Made by a program: the position numbers and the translations under genes
Notes under the pieces: model-generated
What the model saw: the letters and a program-made list of their open reading frames with translations, nothing else
Database searches by the model: none
Told to the model about the DNA's origin: nothing
Assembly: GCA_030647265.1 (NCBI GenBank)
Contig: JAUSJM010000034.1
Span: forward strand, 1-58,016
DNA: 58,016 nt
Direction: 5' to 3'
Source of the DNA: a bacterium
Lineage (GTDB): Bacteria; Patescibacteriota; Microgenomatia; Daviesbacterales; UBA10151
Shown: piece after piece, positions 53,743-58,016 of the stretch
How the letters are laid out: each line of letters starts with the position of its first letter
Position numbering within the stretch: the stretch's first letter is position 1

Positions 53743-54327
53743 ATGGAAGAGCTTTTTGTTTCGCGTGTTCGGGTTAAACTTCTTGAACTTTTTTTAACTA
53801 CTCAGGAACCACTGTTGCATGTTAGAGAGATCGTTCGCCGTGTTAAAGAAGAAATTAACGCTGTAAGGAGAGAACTTTTAAGAATGGAAAAGTACGGTTT
53901 AGTCACTTCTGAATGGAGAGCCAACCGCCGCCTGTACCATTTCCGCCGTGACTACATCTTTTATCCGCAGCTTTTGGGGTTGGTGGCAAAATCAACCGGT
54001 TTAGGAGGAGCGATTATTAGAAACCGCGGCCGTTTAGGAAAAATTAAGTACGCCATGATCTCTACCCGTTACGTTCATCACGCCCCGGCAGGAGCGGATG
54101 ATGTTGATTTGTTGGTGGTGGGGCAGATTATTTTGCCCGAGCTGCAGGCACTGGTAGCTGATGAGCAGGCCAAAAGGGAGACTGAGATCAACTACTCTTT
54201 TATGGATGAACCGGAGTTTCAATTTCGGGTTAAAAGACGTGATCCTTTCATCTTGAGAGTGCTTACTCAGCCTAAAATTATGCTTTTGGGTGACGAGGAA
54301 GAGATGCTCAAAGGAGTTGCCATTTAA
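53743..54327 (+). CDS. winged-helix (ArsR-like) regulator with a nucleotidyltransferase-like C-terminal half
   Basis: ATG 53743 follows AAAGGAGGG. Contains VRVKLLELFL...LHVREIVRRV..INAVRRELLRMEKYGLV and DVDLLVVG. Confidence 0.55.
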   Translation: MEELFVSRVRVKLLELFLTTQEPLLHVREIVRRVKEEINAVRRELLRMEKYGLVTSEWRANRRLYHFRRDYIFYPQLLGLVAKSTGLGGAIIRNRGRLGKIKYAMISTRYVHHAPAGADDVDLLVVGQIILPELQALVADEQAKRETEINYSFMDEPEFQFRVKRRDPFILRVLTQPKIMLLGDEEEMLKGVAI

Positions 54328-54332
54328 CCCTC

Positions 54333-55697
54333 ATGAACCGGCGGTTTGTTTTGTGGATCATTATTGTTTTGACGATGCTCTCTTTGTGGGTCAATTTACC
54401 CTCCACCAAAGAGTTTAACTTAAGCCTTTTAAAATCAGGTAAACTTGGGCTCAAAATTTTAGGATATAAGCTGAATTTGGATTTTTTAGCTCCTGCTAAC
54501 ATCAGCGGTAAATTCCCTCTTCATTTAGGTTTGGATTTACAGGGAGGGTCGGAGTTAACCCTGCAAACCGATATGAGCAAGATTAACCCGAGTGACCGGG
54601 ACACGGCTTTAGAGTCCGCCCGGCAGGTTATTGAAAGAAGGGTCAATTTGTACGGGGTTTCCGAAAGCTTGGTTCAGTCTTCCAAACTGGGAGACCGGAG
54701 GCGGATTTTAGTGGAACTTCCGGGGGTTCGGGATGCTTCAGCAGCAGCCAATTTAGTGGGGAAAACCGCCCAGCTGGAATTTCGGGAGATACCTGCTTCT
54801 CCTTCTGCCGAAGCCTCAGCCTCGGCTTTGTCCCAACTTATGGAAGCAAAACCAACGGGCTTGACCGGAGCGGATTTAAAAAAAGCCTCCGTGACTTTCG
54901 GGAGCGGGGGTAAAAACGCCGGGCCGGAAGTATCCATCCAGTTTACCGACCAGGGTGCACAAAAATTCGCCGAGATTACTAGAAAGAACGTCGGTAAACC
55001 GTTGCCTATATTCTTGGACGGAGTGCCGGTTAGTGCGCCTGTAGTGCAACAGGAAATTTTGGGAGGTAGTGCAGTAATTACGGGAAACTTTACTACCTCC
55101 CAGGCAAAGGAGTTGGCGATCCAGCTTAACGCCGGAGCCTTGCCGGTACCGATTGAGATTTTACAACAGCGTTCTATCGGTGCCACTTTAGGCGGAGCCT
55201 CGGTACAAAAAAGCTTAACTGCCGGGGTGATCGGTATAGTGGCGGTGATGATTTTTATGGCCTTCTATTACGGAGTTTACGGCTTACTGGCGGATCTGGC
55301 ACTGCTGATTTACTCTTTACTGGTACTGGCTGTTTTTAGGACGGGGTTGTTTATCATCCCGCCGGTGACTTTAACTTTGGCGGGCATTGCCGGGTTTATC
55401 CTTTCTATCGGTATGGCGGTGGATGCCAATATCCTGACTTTCGAAAGAATTAAAGAGGAACTTCGCTCCGGTAAAAGCGGAAAGCTGGCGCTGGAGCATG
55501 GCTTTAACCGGGCCTGGACTTCCATCCGGGATTCTAACATCTCCTCTTTGATTACTGCCGCCATATTGTATATTTTGGGGACTAATGTAGTGCGGGGATT
55601 TGCTCTGACCTTGGCGATCGGGGTTTTAATTTCCATGTTTTCAGCAATCGTTATCACCAGAACTTTAATGAGACAGTTACCGAGGTTTAAAAAATGA
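54333..55697 (+). CDS. secD: protein-export membrane protein SecD
   Basis: 454 aa with an N-terminal TM helix, a periplasmic domain (LGLDLQGGSELTLQ) and a 5-TM C-terminal RND-like half. Confidence 0.92.
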   Translation: MNRRFVLWIIIVLTMLSLWVNLPSTKEFNLSLLKSGKLGLKILGYKLNLDFLAPANISGKFPLHLGLDLQGGSELTLQTDMSKINPSDRDTALESARQVIERRVNLYGVSESLVQSSKLGDRRRILVELPGVRDASAAANLVGKTAQLEFREIPASPSAEASASALSQLMEAKPTGLTGADLKKASVTFGSGGKNAGPEVSIQFTDQGAQKFAEITRKNVGKPLPIFLDGVPVSAPVVQQEILGGSAVITGNFTTSQAKELAIQLNAGALPVPIEILQQRSIGATLGGASVQKSLTAGVIGIVAVMIFMAFYYGVYGLLADLALLIYSLLVLAVFRTGLFIIPPVTLTLAGIAGFILSIGMAVDANILTFERIKEELRSGKSGKLALEHGFNRAWTSIRDSNISSLITAAILYILGTNVVRGFALTLAIGVLISMFSAIVITRTLMRQLPRFKK

Positions 55698-56569
55698 AGT
55701 TTACATCCAAGAATCCCCATTATGAATACCTTCGAAAAAAATGGTTGGGGAAACATAAAGCTGCTTCTGAAAAGCTGCTGACTAATCACGGTGAATCTTT
55801 GCGCCACTTGGCTTTGGGAAGTTTGGGAGGGTTGGTGCTTCTGACGACCCCCGGGATGGCGGGAGCAATTCCCCAAACACAGACCCTTTCGGCAGACGGT
55901 GTTACCTCACATGAGGATAAAAATGCTTTGCTGGCAGCAGCTTTAAAAGATAAAGTTCCCCAGGATATGAGAAAGCTGACTCCCGAAGAGGAGGGGCAAA
56001 TTGGTGAGATTTTATCCCAGGAGCTGGGGGTGAAAGCGACGGCAGAGATAGGAGGTCTCAGATTAAATAGGTCTTACGGTTTGATCGGCGGAGAACAACA
56101 TTTATACCGTTTTCCGGGGGATAATTTATACCGCCACGCAGACAATGCCTCAGATTGGGCGATGTATGGGTCATCGGGTATTGCTCCGGGTCTGGGGGCC
56201 TGGGGGTATTTTGTTTCTAGTGAAGCATCTTTTACTCCCAAAGATAAGGAAAGGGAACGGTATTATTTGGCGGTCCAGACTTTTTTAGCTCCTGGGTTTG
56301 CGGAAAATGTGGGAAAGTACCGCGATTTTTTCAGGTTTCGTAAGATGGTGGTGGTAAACCCCAAAACCGGTCAATCAGTGGTGGCAGTTATCGGAGATGC
56401 CGGGCCGGCGGAGTGGACGGGAAAACACTTGGGGGGTTCACCCGAGGTGATGCAAGCTGTGGGGTTGGCTTCCGGACCTAGGAAGGGGGCAGTGCTATAT
56501 TTTTTTGTGGACGATCCCCAGGACCAAATTCCCTTGGGACCGATTAGGGTAAGGGGAGGACGAAGCTAA
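55694..56569 (+). CDS. membrane-anchored extracytoplasmic protein with an RlpA-like (double-psi beta-barrel) C-terminal region; inserted between secD and secF
   Basis: 291 aa with a TM at about residues 40-58. KMVVVNPKTGQSVVAVIGDAGPAEW...GGSPEVMQAVGL resembles the RlpA/DPBB V.V.N..NG.SV.V.V.DRGP...DLS..A...LG pattern. ATGA overlap with secD. Confidence 0.4.
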   Translation: MKFTSKNPHYEYLRKKWLGKHKAASEKLLTNHGESLRHLALGSLGGLVLLTTPGMAGAIPQTQTLSADGVTSHEDKNALLAAALKDKVPQDMRKLTPEEEGQIGEILSQELGVKATAEIGGLRLNRSYGLIGGEQHLYRFPGDNLYRHADNASDWAMYGSSGIAPGLGAWGYFVSSEASFTPKDKERERYYLAVQTFLAPGFAENVGKYRDFFRFRKMVVVNPKTGQSVVAVIGDAGPAEWTGKHLGGSPEVMQAVGLASGPRKGAVLYFFVDDPQDQIPLGPIRVRGGRS

Positions 56570-56901
56570 TGGCTCACTTTTATTCACATCTGATCAAAAT
56601 AGAAACATTAGTTTTAAAACTTGAGGTGCTGGGTTTGGAGAACAAACATAACAGGCATTTGACGAGTTTAGTGGATGACACAATCCACCAGGCGGTTCTG
56701 GAAAGAGTTTTGAGTAAGCTTCCTAAGGAAAAACGGAGGGATTTTTTAGTGCTGGTGGCTCAAAATAGAGACACTATGGAAGTGATGACTTTCTTAAATG
56801 GTAAAATTGACAATGTAGAGAAGGAGATTATGGAAGTAGCCGAAGAGGTCATGAAGGAATTTCTGGCCGATATCGAAGAAGCAGAGAGGTTGAAACTATG
56901 A
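56569..56901 (+). CDS. hypothetical cytoplasmic helical protein (110 aa) between secD and secF
   Basis: ORF with a TAATG overlap upstream and an ATGA overlap with secF. No recognisable domain. Confidence 0.5.
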   Translation: MAHFYSHLIKIETLVLKLEVLGLENKHNRHLTSLVDDTIHQAVLERVLSKLPKEKRRDFLVLVAQNRDTMEVMTFLNGKIDNVEKEIMEVAEEVMKEFLADIEEAERLKL

Positions 56902-57785
56902 CTGATTTAATGGGTAAAAAATGGTGGTTTTTTGGAATCTCTCTGCTAGTCATTTTACCGGGACTGATCTCTTTAGTTTTTCATGGATTAAACTTAGGGA
57001 TAGATTTTATCGGGGGAACACTTTTGGAGTACAAATTTGAAAAGAATTTGGATAGAAACACCATAAAACAAACTTTAATCAGTCATGGGGTGGATGTTTC
57101 CAGTATTACTGACTCCGGACCAACAACCTACATTATTAAAACCAAGCCCCTGCCTGCTCCTAGAATTTCCCAAGTTAAAGATCTTTTAGGTCAACAGTTT
57201 GGTAAGGTGGAAGAGATCAGGGTAGAGAGTGTGGGACCGGTCATTGGTTCAGAAACTACCAAGAATGCCTTCATTGCTTTGATTTTGGCTTCCCTGATGA
57301 TTGTGGTTTACCTGGCTTTAGCTTTCAGAAAAGTACCCCGGCCTGCTTCTTCCTGGAGGTTTGGGGTAACAGCGGTGATAGCATTATTACATGATGTCTT
57401 GGTACTGGCAGGGATTTTTTCCATCTTAGGTTATTTTTGGGGGGTGGAGATAGATGTGCTGTTTGTCACAGCCATGCTGACGGTAATAGGTTTTTCCGTA
57501 CACGATACTATTGTGGTGTTTGACAGAATCAGGGAGAATTTGCCCAAACATCTCTCCAGGAAGTTTTCCGAAGTAGCTAATATCTCGGTTACCCAAACCC
57601 TGGCCAGATCTTTAAACACCTCTTTGACGGTAGTTTTTGTATTATTGGCTTTGCTGCTCTTTGGAGGGGAAACCATCAGGTGGTTTGTAGTAGCATTACT
57701 AGTAGGAATTATCTCCGGAACTTATTCCTCCATTTTCAATGCCACAGCCCTGTTGGATTTATGGGAAGAAAGATTAGGCCACTAA
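56898..57785 (+). CDS. secF: protein-export membrane protein SecF
   Basis: 295 aa with GIDFIGGTLLEY and a 5-TM C-terminal half. Confidence 0.92.
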   Translation: MTDLMGKKWWFFGISLLVILPGLISLVFHGLNLGIDFIGGTLLEYKFEKNLDRNTIKQTLISHGVDVSSITDSGPTTYIIKTKPLPAPRISQVKDLLGQQFGKVEEIRVESVGPVIGSETTKNAFIALILASLMIVVYLALAFRKVPRPASSWRFGVTAVIALLHDVLVLAGIFSILGYFWGVEIDVLFVTAMLTVIGFSVHDTIVVFDRIRENLPKHLSRKFSEVANISVTQTLARSLNTSLTVVFVLLALLLFGGETIRWFVVALLVGIISGTYSSIFNATALLDLWEERLGH

Positions 57786-58016
57786 CCTATTTCTTTAATT
57801 CTTTTTAAAAGATAACCCCGATTATTTTTTTCAGCATCTTCTAGGACTTCTTCAAAGAGTTTGTTCAAAACTTTCCCTACCTTTGGACCTGGTTTGATAT
57901 TTAAAACTTTCATCACATCAGTCCCGTTAACTTTTAAATCAGTTACAGAAAAAGGTTTATGTAAAACCTGGGTGATTCTTTCTCTAAACTGTTCAATTAT
58001 ACAGGAAAATGCCCTT
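57782..58016 (-). CDS. C-terminal part of a CCA-adding enzyme / poly(A) polymerase family protein (partial; runs off the window)
   Basis: Hand translation of the minus strand: ...PFSVTDLKVNGTDVMKVLNIKPGPKVGKVLNKLFEEVLEDAEKNNRGYLLKRIKEIG*. This is the typical L.I.G.DLM...I.PGP.IG..L tail. Confidence 0.5.
   Translation of the reverse strand, partial: RAFSCIIEQFRERITQVLHKPFSVTDLKVNGTDVMKVLNIKPGPKVGKVLNKLFEEVLEDAEKNNRGYLLKRIKEIG

Noticed and set aside
1-58016. Alternative genetic code (UGA recoded, as in some CPR lineages).
   Set aside because: TGA functions as the stop in several tight ATGA junctions (rplD/rplW, adk/map, ppsA/eno, secD/X, Y/secF). All conserved proteins have normal lengths under the standard code.

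Overview
All family names below come from reading motifs by eye; no homology search was run. The window reads like a dense, small-genome bacterium of Candidate-Phyla-Radiation (Patescibacteria-like) type; that lineage call is inference. The genetic code is standard, because TGA acts as the stop in several ATGA gene overlaps.

Positions 98-18916 (+ strand) hold the tuf / S10-spc-alpha ribosomal supercluster. Gene order is tuf, rpsJ, rplC-D-W-B, rpsS, rplV, rpsC, rplP, rpmC, rpsQ, rplN-X-E, rpsN, rpsH, rplF-R, rpsE, rplO, secY, adk, map, infA, rpmJ, rpsM-K-D, rpoA, rplQ, rplM, rpsI. rpsN (zinc type, 59 aa) and rpmJ (38 aa) are below the ORF-track cutoff and were found by hand. rpmD (L30) is absent.

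This normally invariant cluster is interrupted twice:
- A 1.1-kb cassette sits between rpsJ and rplC. It carries a diverged duplicate of the rpsJ 3' end, toxin-antitoxin debris, hairpin repeats, and a strong terminator-like hairpin 15 nt before rplC.
- A tightly packed orphan gene of about 149 aa sits between rpmJ and rpsM.

The remaining 39 kb mixes housekeeping and accessory genes:
- Glycan genes (GDE-like, GT4), UDG4, tsaC-like, acyP, a PAP2-like protein and a P-type ATPase.
- An overlapping ppsA-eno-gpmA operon.
- An accessory block at 31.8-39.3 kb: a 668-aa orphan, two 2-hydroxyacid dehydrogenase paralogs, a frameshift-split gene, hicBA and ldcA, ending at tRNA-Pro(GGG) followed by TA-gene remnants.
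- recA-recX-rny, a GT87-like membrane protein, hup, a TrpR/YerC-like regulator, a TPR-like protein, miaA, and an AI-2E transporter.
- A compact RNase P RNA.
- A DUF5680-like gene, comM/yifB, a divergent ParB-like gene, and DUF5679, DUF4446 and DUF3048 genes.
- A wHTH regulator and a secD-X-Y-secF operon in which two unknown genes are translationally coupled between secD and secF.

Most worth a second look:
- The two insertions in the ribosomal cluster.
- An identical 14-nt inverted-repeat motif upstream of both recA and the TrpR-like regulator gene.
- The split secDF operon.
- A hairpin repeat family with an in-frame copy inside enolase.
- The 668-aa orphan.

No CRISPR array, rRNA, transposase or integrase was seen.
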